From positions 160,001 to 224,000 of the forward strand of contig CBDESZ010000016.1 of the NCBI GenBank assembly GCA_965242725.1: a stretch of 64,000 nt of DNA, written 5' to 3'. The DNA is from Alkalispirochaeta sp. GTDB taxonomy: Bacteria; Spirochaetota; Spirochaetia; DSM-27196; Alkalispirochaetaceae. The translations under genes and the position numbers were made by a program. Under the pieces are notes generated by a model that had not been told where the DNA came from, searched no databases, and saw only the letters and a list, made by a program, of their open reading frames with translations. Shown in pieces: positions 17,547 to 27,739 of this stretch; within the stretch, counting starts at the first letter, position 1; the number at the start of each line of letters is the position of its first letter.

Positions 17547-17625
17547 AAACATGGTGCAGATGCCGTAACCGCCCAAAGCGGGAAGTCGGCACACTGCGGT
17601 CGGACGCGCAACCGTCCGCACACTC

Positions 17626-17714
<89 letters not shown>

Positions 17715-17777
17715 AATTTGGATCAACCTTTCATCGGTCCGTTCCTCGGACTTCGTCCTCCGGTACGGACCTTAGCC

Positions 17778-17864
17778 CGGAGAGAGTGGGATTCGAACCC
17801 ACGGTACCAGCAAAGGTACAACGGTTTTCAAGACCGCCTCCTTAAACCACTCGGACATCTCTCC
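17778..17864 (-). tRNA. tRNA-Ser(TGA)
   Basis: Anticodon arm GCGGT-CTTGAAA-ACCGT, long variable arm. Confidence 0.95.
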
Positions 17865-17876
17865 AGTGTGCCGGGT

Positions 17877-17905
17877 ACTATACTCAAGGCGGATTGCCTT
17901 GTCAA
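17877..17905 (-). promoter_or_regulatory. sigma70 promoter of tRNA operon
   Basis: TTGACA-17 nt-TATAGT. Confidence 0.75.
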
Positions 17906-17922
17906 TAAATGCCCGGTATAAC
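17894..17922 (+). promoter_or_regulatory. overlapping divergent promoter for thioesterase
   Basis: TTGCCT-17 nt-TATAAC, 7 nt before ATG 17930. Confidence 0.5.
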
Positions 17923-17929
17923 TGGGGGG

Positions 17930-18352
17930 ATGACACACAAAGACAGAAAGCCGCTGCTGGTGGAACTCGATTTTCGGGTGAAGACATACGACATCGACTT
18001 TGCCGGCCACGTCAGCAACATCGTATACATCCGGTGGCTCGAGGATCTGCGCTTTGCCCTCCTGGATGCATACTATCCGCTCCAGCCGCAAATTGAAGCC
18101 GGATTCGCGCCTATCCTCGTACGTACAAACATTCAATATCGCCGATCGATAAAGCTCTTTGAGCCGGTCCGCGGCCGTATGTGGGTCCAGAGTGTCGGAG
18201 GCGCAAAGGCGCTCCTGTCGGCGCAGATTGTGGTGAATGAAGAGGTATGCGCGGACGTGCTTCAGGAAGGTGTCTTTGCGGACCTCAAGACGGGACGACC
18301 CATGCGTATCCCCGAGGCGTTTCGGAATCTCTACGAAAAATGGGATGGTTAG
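17930..18352 (+). CDS. acyl-CoA thioesterase (4HBT hot-dog family)
   Basis: YDIDFAGHVSNIVYIRWLE. Confidence 0.9.
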   Translation: MTHKDRKPLLVELDFRVKTYDIDFAGHVSNIVYIRWLEDLRFALLDAYYPLQPQIEAGFAPILVRTNIQYRRSIKLFEPVRGRMWVQSVGGAKALLSAQIVVNEEVCADVLQEGVFADLKTGRPMRIPEAFRNLYEKWDG

Positions 18353-18395
18353 CCGATGTCGATGCCCCGCGTCGCTGGTGTTCCCGGAGCGGCGC

Positions 18396-19433
18396 CTACC
18401 CGTCGAGTCGACCTGAAAGCTGCTCCCTGAGAAACTGCGTGTACACCTCCCAGGAGTGGTAGCCGTAGTTTCCGGCCATGACAAAGAGAGCCGGCACGTC
18501 ATGCTTCCGTACCCACCGATAGAGATAGCTGTCCCGTTCCAGAAGCGCCGCGGCGTCCATCTTCAGGAGCTCCGCCGAGGGCAGCTGGTCCCGCTCATAC
18601 GGATCGGCACCGTCAACAACAAGGACGAAATCGGGGGGCGGACAGCTCGCTTCCATCCGTTCCATGCCGTCCCGTAGCCGTTTCAGATAGGAACCCTCCT
18701 CACCGGAGGCGATGGGAATATCCACCGTGCTGGGAATGTGAGAAGGGTTGGGCGTCCCGTCGGGCAACACCTGCGGTTGATCCAGGGGCCACCCGTGAGC
18801 CATGTGAATGCTCAGGGTGCAAATGGTATCGTCGTCCCGGGTGAGTGCGGCGGTGCCGTCGCCCTTGTGGGCGTCCACATCCACCACCCAGGCATTTTTG
18901 ACGCGTCCTTCCGCCTGGAGGGTCCGAATGGCGATAACCAGATCGTTCACCGGACAGAACCCCTCGCCCCAGGCGTACTGCCCGTGGTGCATGCCGCCAC
19001 CGAAGTAAAAACAAAACCGGTCGGGGTGATCCATGACCAGGCGGGCCGCATAGCTCGTTCCCGCCGCCAGCCGCAGACTCTGGTCCCGCAGCGCACAGAG
19101 ATCATACTTTGCCGCGGCGGGATCAAAGCGATGGTAGCTGCCGTTGGGATTCACCAGTTCAAAGGTACGCTGCATCTCCCGCTCACACGGTCCGTCAATG
19201 CCTGCTCCCGGCGACAGAAGGCGCTCCACATACTCAGGATCGTGGACCCGCGTCAGTGCCGCCTTGTCCAGGGGAGGCACGCTCTCCTGAATCAACCACT
19301 CATCCTTTCGTGCGGCGAGCTCGGGATCTGCGGTAAGGGCCTCGATCGTCCGTTTTGCGTTGGAGCCGAGGATGGGAATCTGAATGCCGTAGTCGGTCAT
19401 CGGTCGGCGTTGCGTCGGGTCGTAGAAAACCAT
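18396..19433 (-). CDS. histone deacetylase family protein
   Basis: GGGMHHG, GEGFC, VDVDAHKGDGT, GADPYERD. Confidence 0.9.
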   Translation of the reverse strand: MVFYDPTQRRPMTDYGIQIPILGSNAKRTIEALTADPELAARKDEWLIQESVPPLDKAALTRVHDPEYVERLLSPGAGIDGPCEREMQRTFELVNPNGSYHRFDPAAAKYDLCALRDQSLRLAAGTSYAARLVMDHPDRFCFYFGGGMHHGQYAWGEGFCPVNDLVIAIRTLQAEGRVKNAWVVDVDAHKGDGTAALTRDDDTICTLSIHMAHGWPLDQPQVLPDGTPNPSHIPSTVDIPIASGEEGSYLKRLRDGMERMEASCPPPDFVLVVDGADPYERDQLPSAELLKMDAAALLERDSYLYRWVRKHDVPALFVMAGNYGYHSWEVYTQFLREQLSGRLDG

Positions 19434-19461
19434 GGGAATACTGTAGTATGTGGATCGCCCA

Positions 19462-20148
19462 ATGACAACGCATCCTTCATCGGACTTTTTACATGAACTT
19501 GCGTCACAGAAGACGACAGACGTTGCCCGCAGCCTCATCGGCGCTTCGGTGTGTGTCACGGTGCCGGACAACACCGACGGCATCACCCGCCGACTGCGGG
19601 CCTGCGGCATCATCGTGGAAACGGAAGCGTACCTCGCCGATGATCCCGCCAGTCACAGCTACGGCGGCCCGACCCCCCGGAACGCCTCGATGTTTCTCTC
19701 TCCCGGCCACGTATACGTCTACCGCTCCTACGGCATCCATTTCTGCCTCAACATCGTGACCGCCCCCGAGGGGGTCGGCGAGGCGGTTCTCATCAGGGCC
19801 CTCGCACCTGCCGTCGGTTTGGAGGTGATGGCGGCGCGGCGCGGCGTGGTCATCCCGCGGGAAGAGCTCCCGGACAGGACGTCGCCTCTTTCGGCGGATC
19901 GACCCTCCCGGCGACTCCGGTCGCTCTGCTCCGGGCCCGGTAAGCTGTGCCAGGCTTTGGGGATCACCACCGCGCTGGACGGAGTTCGATTAGATGAAGA
20001 ACAGGATGACGGAGCGGTGATTTTTCTTCAGCCGGGAGTGACGGGGATCGAGGTGGCGACGACGGAGCGGATCGGAATTTCCCGGGGGCGGGAGCGGCAG
20101 TTGCGCTTTGTCCTGAAGGGCAGTCCGTGGCTCAGTCGTTCCCGATGA
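19462..20148 (+). CDS. mpg: DNA-3-methyladenine glycosylase (MPG/AAG family)
   Basis: IVETEAY, DPASH, YVYRSYGIHFCLN, AVLIRA, GPGKLCQAL, RIGIS. Confidence 0.92.
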   Translation: MTTHPSSDFLHELASQKTTDVARSLIGASVCVTVPDNTDGITRRLRACGIIVETEAYLADDPASHSYGGPTPRNASMFLSPGHVYVYRSYGIHFCLNIVTAPEGVGEAVLIRALAPAVGLEVMAARRGVVIPREELPDRTSPLSADRPSRRLRSLCSGPGKLCQALGITTALDGVRLDEEQDDGAVIFLQPGVTGIEVATTERIGISRGRERQLRFVLKGSPWLSRSR

Positions 20149-21160
20149 CACCGGGGGCGACAAGCTCCACGAGACGCTCGAGATCGTCCATGGAGAGGTA
20201 GGTGATTTCAATCTTGCCGCGATCATCGGTGCCGTGCAGCAGGACCCGGGTACCCAGGCGTTCCATGAGACGCTGCTCAAGCTCCATCATTTCCACGGAC
20301 TTGCGGCTGCCGCCGTCACCGCTTCCGGAACGGACCGACGGGGAACGGTGATCTTCGTTCGCGTCCTGCGAAGAAGATTTATCTCCAATATCTACATTAT
20401 GAAATGAGGGGGTATCGGAGTCGGCGGTTTCCCTGTCCCCGGGACGGGTGATATGTGCGAGGGCGCCGTCCGCAGGGGAACCCTCATTCATCAGCGCGAC
20501 GAGCTGCTCCACGATTCGCACCGAGAGATCATCACGAATGATAAGCTCCGCAACGTGTCCGATCTGCCCGGGATCATTGAGGGCGAGGAGCGTACGGGCG
20601 TGCCCCGCCGACAGGGAGCCGTCGTTTACCCGCTCCTGTATTTCCTCGGGCAGACGCAGGAGGCGGACGGCGTTGGCCACTGCGGAGCGGCTTTTACCGA
20701 GACGGTGGGCCAGCTCTTCCTGGCTTCCGCCGGAACGCTCCATGAGATCCCGATACGCCCGGGCCTCCTCGATGGGGGTGAGGTTCTGGCGCTGGATGTT
20801 TTCAATAAGGGCTATTTCCAGCTTTTCGTCTTCCGAGAAGACGCCGGGAAGGACTGGCACAACGGTGAGACCCGCCAGTTTTGCCGCGCGATACCGCCGC
20901 TCTCCGGCGATAATGACGTACACGCCGTCATCATCCTGCTCCGCCAGGATCGGTTGAATGATGCCCCGTTCCTCGATGGAGCGGGCCAGCTCCTCCAGCG
21001 CCTCGGGTGAAAAGCTCTTGCGCGGCTGGTCCGGATTTGGACGGACGTTGTCGATGGGGACGCTGACGACGGAGTTGATGTCCCCCGTCTCGAGGCTTCC
21101 CAGATCGCGCCCCTGAAGGAGGGCGTCGATCCCCTTACCGAGTCTTCGTTGCCTGGACAC
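20132..21160 (-). CDS. parB: chromosome partitioning protein ParB
   Basis: LGKGIDALL, QPRK.F, GERRYRA CTP box, HTH. Confidence 0.95.
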   Translation of the reverse strand: MSRQRRLGKGIDALLQGRDLGSLETGDINSVVSVPIDNVRPNPDQPRKSFSPEALEELARSIEERGIIQPILAEQDDDGVYVIIAGERRYRAAKLAGLTVVPVLPGVFSEDEKLEIALIENIQRQNLTPIEEARAYRDLMERSGGSQEELAHRLGKSRSAVANAVRLLRLPEEIQERVNDGSLSAGHARTLLALNDPGQIGHVAELIIRDDLSVRIVEQLVALMNEGSPADGALAHITRPGDRETADSDTPSFHNVDIGDKSSSQDANEDHRSPSVRSGSGDGGSRKSVEMMELEQRLMERLGTRVLLHGTDDRGKIEITYLSMDDLERLVELVAPGVIGND

Positions 21161-21908
21161 GCTGGATGACCTCCTCAGCGAGTTTTTGATAGCTCCGAGC
21201 ACCGACGCAGTTCGGGTCGTACTGATTTACCGGGATGCCGTGGGAGGGCGCTTCGGAGAGGCGGATGTTTCGGGGAATGATCGTTCGAAATACGCGCTTT
21301 CCGAAATACCCGATCACCTCCTGGACCACATCGTTGGCGAGACGCGTCCGGGAGTCGTACATCGTGAATAGGATTCCGAAAAGTTCAAGTTCCTGATTGT
21401 AGGCGGTCTGCACCCGTTTGATGTTCTGCAACAGCTGGGTCAGACCTTCCAGGGCGAAGTACTCCGTCTGAAGGGGAATCACACAGTTGTCCGCGGCGAC
21501 GAGGGCGTTGAGGGTGAGAAGGCCGAGGCTCGGCGGACTGTCGATAAAGATGAACTCAAAGGCGTCGCGCTGGGGTTTAATCGCGTCCCGGAGAAAGTAC
21601 TCCCGTCGCTTCTCATTGACGAGCTCCACATTGGCGCCGGTGAGATCGGCACCGCCGGTGACGATTGAAAGGCCCGCCTGGGTCGTATCCTGTATGACCG
21701 CCTTCAACTCCTTTTCACCGCTGAGAACCTGGTAAATGCCGGGCCCGTCGTGGTCGGCCCCGACACTGGACGAAAGGTTTCCCTGGGAATCAAAGTCGAC
21801 GAGGAGTACGGAGTGACCCGCATCCGCGAGGCACGCTCCCAAATTTGCGGCGGTGGTGGTCTTACCCACTCCGCCCTTCTGGTTGGCAAAGGTTATGACG
21901 TTTCCCAT
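21135..21908 (-). CDS. parA: chromosome partitioning ATPase ParA/Soj
   Basis: NQKGGVGKTT, DSPPSLG, PRNIRLSEAPSHG. Confidence 0.95.
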   Translation of the reverse strand: MGNVITFANQKGGVGKTTTAANLGACLADAGHSVLLVDFDSQGNLSSSVGADHDGPGIYQVLSGEKELKAVIQDTTQAGLSIVTGGADLTGANVELVNEKRREYFLRDAIKPQRDAFEFIFIDSPPSLGLLTLNALVAADNCVIPLQTEYFALEGLTQLLQNIKRVQTAYNQELELFGILFTMYDSRTRLANDVVQEVIGYFGKRVFRTIIPRNIRLSEAPSHGIPVNQYDPNCVGARSYQKLAEEVIQRVQATKTR

Positions 21909-22154
21909 GGTCTCGCGGTTGAGTATAGCCGATGGCGGTGCGCCTGTCACTCCGCCGCCGACCGCACAGATCGGGACACCAATCGTGACGGATCGGGACG
22001 GGCCACACCGAGAATTATCGCCAACATCGGACGATATGGCGCCCTTCCGTCCGCTTTCTCACCGTATTCTCTTAGTTCGAATAAATATTCGCCGATTGAC
22101 CAATAATCGTATATTTTTTACAACTCTTGTATTCATTTCGAAAAGGAGTAAGGT

Positions 22155-22916
22155 ATGAAGCGAGTTGCACTCATTGTATTGATCGTCCTGATGGCCGTTG
22201 GTTCGGCGTGGGCCGGTGGACAAAAGGAAGCGGAAGGCGGTCCCCGGACGATTACGATCGCCACCGACGCCACCTGGCCGCCGATGGAGTATATCAACAC
22301 CGATCAGGAAATCGTCGGATTTGACATCGATCTCCTGAACGCCGTGGCGGAAGCCGCCGGTTTCACCGTTGAGTTTCAGAACACCGCCTGGGACGGTATC
22401 TTTGCAGGTCTCGCCAACGGCGACTACGATGCGGTGGCGTCGTCGGTAACGATCACGGAAGAACGGAAGCGGACGATGGACTTCTCCCAGCCCTACGTCA
22501 ACGCCGGACAGGTGCTGATCGTCCGTCAGGACGCACCCTCGGGATGGACCACCCTGGACGACCTCGCCGGAGAATCCGTAGGTGCCCAGATCGGTACAAC
22601 CGGCGCCATTGAAATCGACAACAACGACAATGTCGAGCTGCGCACCTATGACGAGATCGGTCTCGCCATTGAGGACCTCGCCCAGGGCAGAATTGCCGGC
22701 GTCGTTGCGGACGCTCCCATTGCGGCGGACTTTGTCCTGCAGAACGAGAACTATCGCGATGCTCTGCAAATTGTCGGCGAGCCCTTCACCGATGAGTATT
22801 ACGGTGTTGCCGTCCGGAAGGGGAACGACGAGGTTCTTGCGCTGATTAACGAAGGTCTCGACGTAGTCCTGAACGACGGAACGGTTGAGGAGTTGCAGGA
22901 TAAGTGGCTTCGGTAA
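22155..22916 (+). CDS. polar amino acid ABC transporter substrate-binding protein
   Basis: DATWPPME, GFDIDL, DFSQPY, GAQIGTTG. Confidence 0.92.
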   Translation: MKRVALIVLIVLMAVGSAWAGGQKEAEGGPRTITIATDATWPPMEYINTDQEIVGFDIDLLNAVAEAAGFTVEFQNTAWDGIFAGLANGDYDAVASSVTITEERKRTMDFSQPYVNAGQVLIVRQDAPSGWTTLDDLAGESVGAQIGTTGAIEIDNNDNVELRTYDEIGLAIEDLAQGRIAGVVADAPIAADFVLQNENYRDALQIVGEPFTDEYYGVAVRKGNDEVLALINEGLDVVLNDGTVEELQDKWLR

Positions 22917-23710
22917 GCGACGGTTCCCAATCCACTCAGAAGACGCAAATCACCATAAGCGATGGAGCCCTCATCCCCGACCGGGGTGAGGCCTCCATTT
23001 TTTCGGCGTGGCGCATCAGCTTTTTTGGTGCCCTCGCCCTGGTGGTTCTGCTCCCTCTGCTTTCGCCGGATCCCTATCGGGAAATCATTACATTTCTCCC
23101 TGACGGAATACTGAAAACCTTTCAGGTGACGCTGATCTCCATATTTTTTGCCCTTATCATCGGTCTCGCCACCGGTCTCGGGAGGATATCACGGATCACC
23201 CTGGTCAACAGGATCGCCACCGTTTATGTGGAGGTGATACGGGGAATCCCGTTGTTGGTGCAGCTGTTCTATATCTATTTTGCCCTGGGGCGGTTTTTGA
23301 GTCTCGACCGGCTGGTTGCGGCAATTCTGGCCATGTCCGTCTGTTACGGCGCCTATATGGGAGAAATATTTCGCGCCGGAATTCAGTCGATTCCCAAAGG
23401 ACAGATGGAGGCTGCCCTTGCCCTCGGCATGAGTCGCCGACAGGCACTTCGGCTGGTTATCCTCCCCCAGACGATGCGGGTCATCCTGCCGCCTATTGGA
23501 AACGAGTTTATCGCCCTTCTCAAGGACAGTTCCCTTGTTTCCATCGTCGCCGTCAGTGATTTGCTGAGACGGGGACGGGAATATGCATCGACAACATTTT
23601 ACTATTTCGAAGCGTACACGATGGTTGCCCTGATATACCTCGTATTTACGCTTTTTTTCTCCAAGGTGGTCGCCATCATGGAAGAAAGGTTGGAACGCCG
23701 TGGTAGATAG
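22904..23710 (+). CDS. polar amino acid ABC transporter permease
   Basis: [31 protein letters not shown]. Confidence 0.92.
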   Translation: MASVSDGSQSTQKTQITISDGALIPDRGEASIFSAWRISFFGALALVVLLPLLSPDPYREIITFLPDGILKTFQVTLISIFFALIIGLATGLGRISRITLVNRIATVYVEVIRGIPLLVQLFYIYFALGRFLSLDRLVAAILAMSVCYGAYMGEIFRAGIQSIPKGQMEAALALGMSRRQALRLVILPQTMRVILPPIGNEFIALLKDSSLVSIVAVSDLLRRGREYASTTFYYFEAYTMVALIYLVFTLFFSKVVAIMEERLERRGR

Positions 23711-24434
23711 CAGAGTTCGTATTGAAAATGTGACCAAACGGTTTGGCACCATCCAGGCGGTGCGTAATGCATCTCTTACCGTTCTCCCCGGTGAGGTGGT
23801 TCTCATCATCGGACCTTCGGGAAGCGGGAAAAGCACCCTGCTCCGCTGTATCAACCGTCTTGAGACGGCAACGGAAGGGGATATCTGGATCGACGATGAT
23901 CGCGTCACCGATCCCCACGGCAATATTCGCCAGATCCGGGAAGAAGTGGGCATGGTCTTTCAGAACTTCAACCTTTTTCCCCATTTGTCCGCCCTGGACA
24001 ACATCACTCTCGCACCCCGCAAGGTTAAACGGGCGGATCGAACGGTTTCGGTCAAGCGCGGCCGGGAACTCCTGAACCGCGTCGGACTGGCGGACAAGGA
24101 AAACGCATTCCCTGAACAGCTTTCAGGAGGCCAGCAGCAGCGAGTGGCTATCGCCCGGGCATTGGCGATGGACCCGAAGGTAATGCTCTTTGATGAACCC
24201 ACCAGCGCTTTGGACCCGGAAATGATTAAAGAGGTGTTGGACGTCATGCTTCAGCTCGCCAGGGACGGCATGACCATGCTCGTTGTCTCTCACGAGATGG
24301 GTTTTGCCCGCGCGGCGGCCGATAAAGTCGTTTTTATGGACAACGGCGAGATCATTGAGACGGGTACCCCGACGGAGGTATTTGACAATCCCCAGGAGGT
24401 CCGAACCCAGACGTTCCTCAACCACATTCTCTAA
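23700..24434 (+). CDS. polar amino acid ABC transporter ATP-binding protein
   Basis: [28 protein letters not shown]. Confidence 0.95.
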   Translation: MVDSRVRIENVTKRFGTIQAVRNASLTVLPGEVVLIIGPSGSGKSTLLRCINRLETATEGDIWIDDDRVTDPHGNIRQIREEVGMVFQNFNLFPHLSALDNITLAPRKVKRADRTVSVKRGRELLNRVGLADKENAFPEQLSGGQQQRVAIARALAMDPKVMLFDEPTSALDPEMIKEVLDVMLQLARDGMTMLVVSHEMGFARAAADKVVFMDNGEIIETGTPTEVFDNPQEVRTQTFLNHIL

Positions 24435-24524
24435 TAAAAGTAATCAAACCGGAAATTTATGCCGATAAAGGTAGAAAAGTGAAAAATACTTGCAGTCGTA
24501 GTAAAATTGATTAAAGTGGTAAAC

Positions 24525-25589
24525 ATGGCGAACGGTGATTTTCGAACAGACAAGCGCATCATGAAAGAGTTCCCGAAAGTGGAACTTCATCGGCATATAG
24601 AGGGCGCATTTGCCCTCCCTACACTGCACCGGATCGCCATGAAGAATAAGCTCGACTACAGCTCGGATTTCTCGGAATTCAAGAAGGCCGTACAGTTTCC
24701 CCGGGAGTCCGAGCCCGATTTTTTGACCTTTCTCTCGAAATTCAACAACCAGTGGTACCGTTCCCATGAGGATGTGTACGAAGTCGTACACGACTCGGTA
24801 TTGCAGTTTGCCGACGACGGTCTCTTCTACATTGAAATGCGTTTTTCTCCCGAGCATTTTGCCCTGCACAATGATTTTAATCGGGAGGAGATTACACGCC
24901 TCATCGTCGAAGCATCCAACACCGCCGCCGCCACAACGGGCGTTCGAATGAAGTACCTGATCACCTTCAATCGGGGCAAACAGGATCAATTTGAGATGAT
25001 CGATCTGTACCATTCCATTCGCGACCTCAATTTAACCGATATCGTCGGTATCGATCTGGCCGGCGATGAAACGCAGTATCCTCCCCAGGATTTTGTAAAG
25101 TTCTTTCAGGTTGTGAAGGATGAGGGGATCTATAAAGCGACGATTCATGGCGGCGAGGTTTCGCCGTCACAGCAGATATGGGATTCCATTGAGCTCCTGC
25201 ACGCCTCCAGAATCGGACACGGCACGTCGTCGGTGGACGATCCCAAACTGCAGGAACTTTTGAAACGCGAAGGCATTGTTCTTGAACAGTGTATTACATC
25301 GAACTATCAGACCGGCTCGTGGGTAGACGAGCAACACCACCCCCTCGGGAAGCTGTACAGGAACGGCGTACCTGTCACTATCAACTCCGACGACCCGACA
25401 ATTCAGGACACCGACCTTACCGATGATTACATGAAAGCGTGCCGATATTTCGATCTTTCCCTCGACGATCTGGTCAACCTCAATAAAATTGCGATTGACG
25501 GCGCGTTTCTTCCGGACGACGAAAAAGAAAAGTTGCAGGCGGACTACGCCGTTGCCGTACAATCATTCCGCACCACCCACTCTCTGTAG
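24525..25589 (+). CDS. add: adenosine/adenine deaminase
   Basis: PKVELHRHIEG, HGGE, RIGHG, INSDDP. Confidence 0.9.
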   Translation: MANGDFRTDKRIMKEFPKVELHRHIEGAFALPTLHRIAMKNKLDYSSDFSEFKKAVQFPRESEPDFLTFLSKFNNQWYRSHEDVYEVVHDSVLQFADDGLFYIEMRFSPEHFALHNDFNREEITRLIVEASNTAAATTGVRMKYLITFNRGKQDQFEMIDLYHSIRDLNLTDIVGIDLAGDETQYPPQDFVKFFQVVKDEGIYKATIHGGEVSPSQQIWDSIELLHASRIGHGTSSVDDPKLQELLKREGIVLEQCITSNYQTGSWVDEQHHPLGKLYRNGVPVTINSDDPTIQDTDLTDDYMKACRYFDLSLDDLVNLNKIAIDGAFLPDDEKEKLQADYAVAVQSFRTTHSL

Positions 25590-25615
25590 ACCGAAAAGCA
25601 AGTCAGACTATCATC

Positions 25616-25631
25616 TGTTTCACGTGAAACG
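25616..25631. promoter_or_regulatory. parS site
   Basis: TGTTTCACGTGAAACG (15/16 to consensus palindrome). Confidence 0.85.
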
Positions 25632-26260
25632 TCCTGGTCCACTAACAGTGGTGATGGACGATCGGTCTTCTCCGCGCCTCCACGATCGGGCTTACAATCG
25701 GGCGGTTTCGCCCATCCCTCGGTGACATACCGATGCCACAATAGGGTGTTGAAACGTCGTACCGGCGGTTCTTCCCGCAATGGTGTCCATTTTTCGGGCG
25801 ATTTTAGGGAAATCCCCATCCGGCTCGGAGAATCGGCTGGGACGGGAACAACTACTTCCGTACCATATCGGCCCGGGAACGGGTGGCTACGGTGATCTCG
25901 GTTACGTATTCACGCCGCAAGGCGTCGCCGCGGCCAGGTAATCACGCCGCGAGGTACGGCCGCAACGATGTGTTTCGCCGCAACGCGAGGAGCGGACGTG
26001 TATTTCGGCTGTACCACATCGGTGTGGCAGCGGTTGGCTACGGCGGTACGCCGCAAAGGCTGCATATTGGTGAGCCGTTCTTCTGTATCCACACGCGTTT
26101 TGCAACCTGAAGACGGATTGTTTTCCATGATTGAATTGCCGCCATCATGGGGATGCTACGTCCGTAGATCCCTGTTCGCGCAAAGGCCTATCCTTCGAAA
26201 TGCAACACGAATCTATACACAGGCCGGGCATCCCGCAACGGAGAGTCATTTTTAAGGAGC

Positions 26261-26300
26261 TTCAGAAGGTTACAGAAGGTCACGGAAGGTTACAGCAAGT
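26261..26300. repeat. 10-bp tandem repeat x4 (consensus TACAGAAGGT)
   Basis: ttcagaaggt tacagaaggt cacggaaggt tacagcaagt. Confidence 0.75.
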
Positions 26301-26460
26301 GCGGCGCCACTATAATCCGGAAATACAAACAAATGATCGGGATTGGACCGGGAGAACATCGTCTGCAAGTACGGCTGACGCGGTACATTGTTTTACCGCG
26401 ATTCTGTCGTGAACGACTGTTGTATTGCACATTTTTAGACCCTGCGGGATGTCCGGGCCT

Positions 26461-26476
26461 TGTTTCACGTGAAACA
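26461..26476. promoter_or_regulatory. parS site
   Basis: Perfect TGTTTCACGTGAAACA. Confidence 0.92.
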
Positions 26477-26939
26477 GTACACCCTCGGCCACAATGACAA
26501 GAAAGGATCGACAGGAGAGGCGTTCTTCTGTTCAGCACAATAAGTATTTCAATTACAAAGACGACCATTGTCGTTTTTTACAGCGTGGCCAGGTTCTCTA
26601 CCGTCCTTTTACACTTCGGGTTGACGCAGGGAATCGGCCGCATTGTTCGCGTGAATATCATCTCCGACATACCAAATCGAGGCAACACTCCCTGACTTCA
26701 ATAGAATACGGTTCTGACGACGGTAAGGGCGGGCAGGATTACGGAAAGAACCTAGTTGGTGTAGTTTGGCGTCGTTTGGTGTCGGCTCCTATTTGATATC
26801 TTCCTGGATCGCAATTGGGCCTCTTTTTGATCGATCCACCAATTACCGCCGTTATTCAACCAGTACTCAATTTTGACCCCATGTGTAGAACTTAAGGTTA
26901 CAGCGGGCGAACCGGGTCATAGTTACCTATTCTGCCTCG

Positions 26940-27539
26940 TTACTCGTCAATGGTCGCCGTAATTGTTCCACGTGAAACATTTTTTAACCCTTCCTGCAGT
27001 GACGTCACGACGCTTCGGTCGATGGTTCCGCGGATTATTACTTCCTCAGTAAAACCCTCGTCGCCGATCTCTCCACCGTGCTGTTCCAGGAGCGTCCGTA
27101 CCGTATTGTGCAGCTCGTATGGGATTTCGATTGTGAACGTTACAAGATCGCGTTTTTTCGTCGTTTTCAATACACCAAAGGCACCCTTGGCTGCGTCGCC
27201 GTAGGCATGGACGAGCCCGCCGGTACCGAGCTTCGTTCCGCCGAAGTACCGTACCACCGTTATCACACAATCCGTGACGTCACTTCCCTTCATGACTTCC
27301 AGGACGGGTCTCCCGGCCGTTCCTTTTGGTTCACCGTCGTCGCTCATTCCAAACTGTCTGGACGATGTATCTCCTATGGAAAAGGCATACACCACATGTG
27401 CGGCTTCCGGATGTTCGTCTCTGCGCTGTTGTATCTTTTCTTCTGCGGTCGCTCTGTCGGCACATCCCTCAATCTCTGCGATGAATCGGGAGCGCTTGAT
27501 TTCGATTTCGTAGCGGGCATTATCCGCGGGGATTTTCAT
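26940..27539 (-). CDS. yigZ: YigZ/IMPACT family protein
   Basis: IKRSRFIA, SDDGEPKGTAG, VVRYFGGTKLGTGGL. Confidence 0.93.
   Translation of the reverse strand: MKIPADNARYEIEIKRSRFIAEIEGCADRATAEEKIQQRRDEHPEAAHVVYAFSIGDTSSRQFGMSDDGEPKGTAGRPVLEVMKGSDVTDCVITVVRYFGGTKLGTGGLVHAYGDAAKGAFGVLKTTKKRDLVTFTIEIPYELHNTVRTLLEQHGGEIGDEGFTEEVIIRGTIDRSVVTSLQEGLKNVSRGTITATIDE
26964..26979. promoter_or_regulatory. parS site inside yigZ 3' end
   Basis: TGTTCCACGTGAAACA fits TGTTNCACGTGAAACA. Confidence 0.8.
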
Positions 27540-27739
27540 GATTCCCTACTGTCCACAACCGTGCGGGTGGACACGGCATAACGTATTGTAAATAGCTCAT
27601 TTCGCCGCGGCGACTTCGGTAAACCTATTCCATCCAGGCTATGTACCCGCAATTTCCTGGTAGACCGGGACATGTACAGGCGGCCGTCCCACGGTTGTGG
27701 ACACTGAACTCACGTCGCCGGCGCTCCGGGGATAGCGCT

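Noticed and set aside
17778..17864. Selenocysteine or suppressor tRNA
   Set aside because: Anticodon is TGA (reads UCA, Ser), not TCA; normal 7-bp acceptor stem.
25590..26940. Short ORFs or a CRISPR array in the parS tract
   Set aside because: ORFs lack motifs and convincing starts; repeats are not identical units separated by unique spacers; no cas genes in the window.
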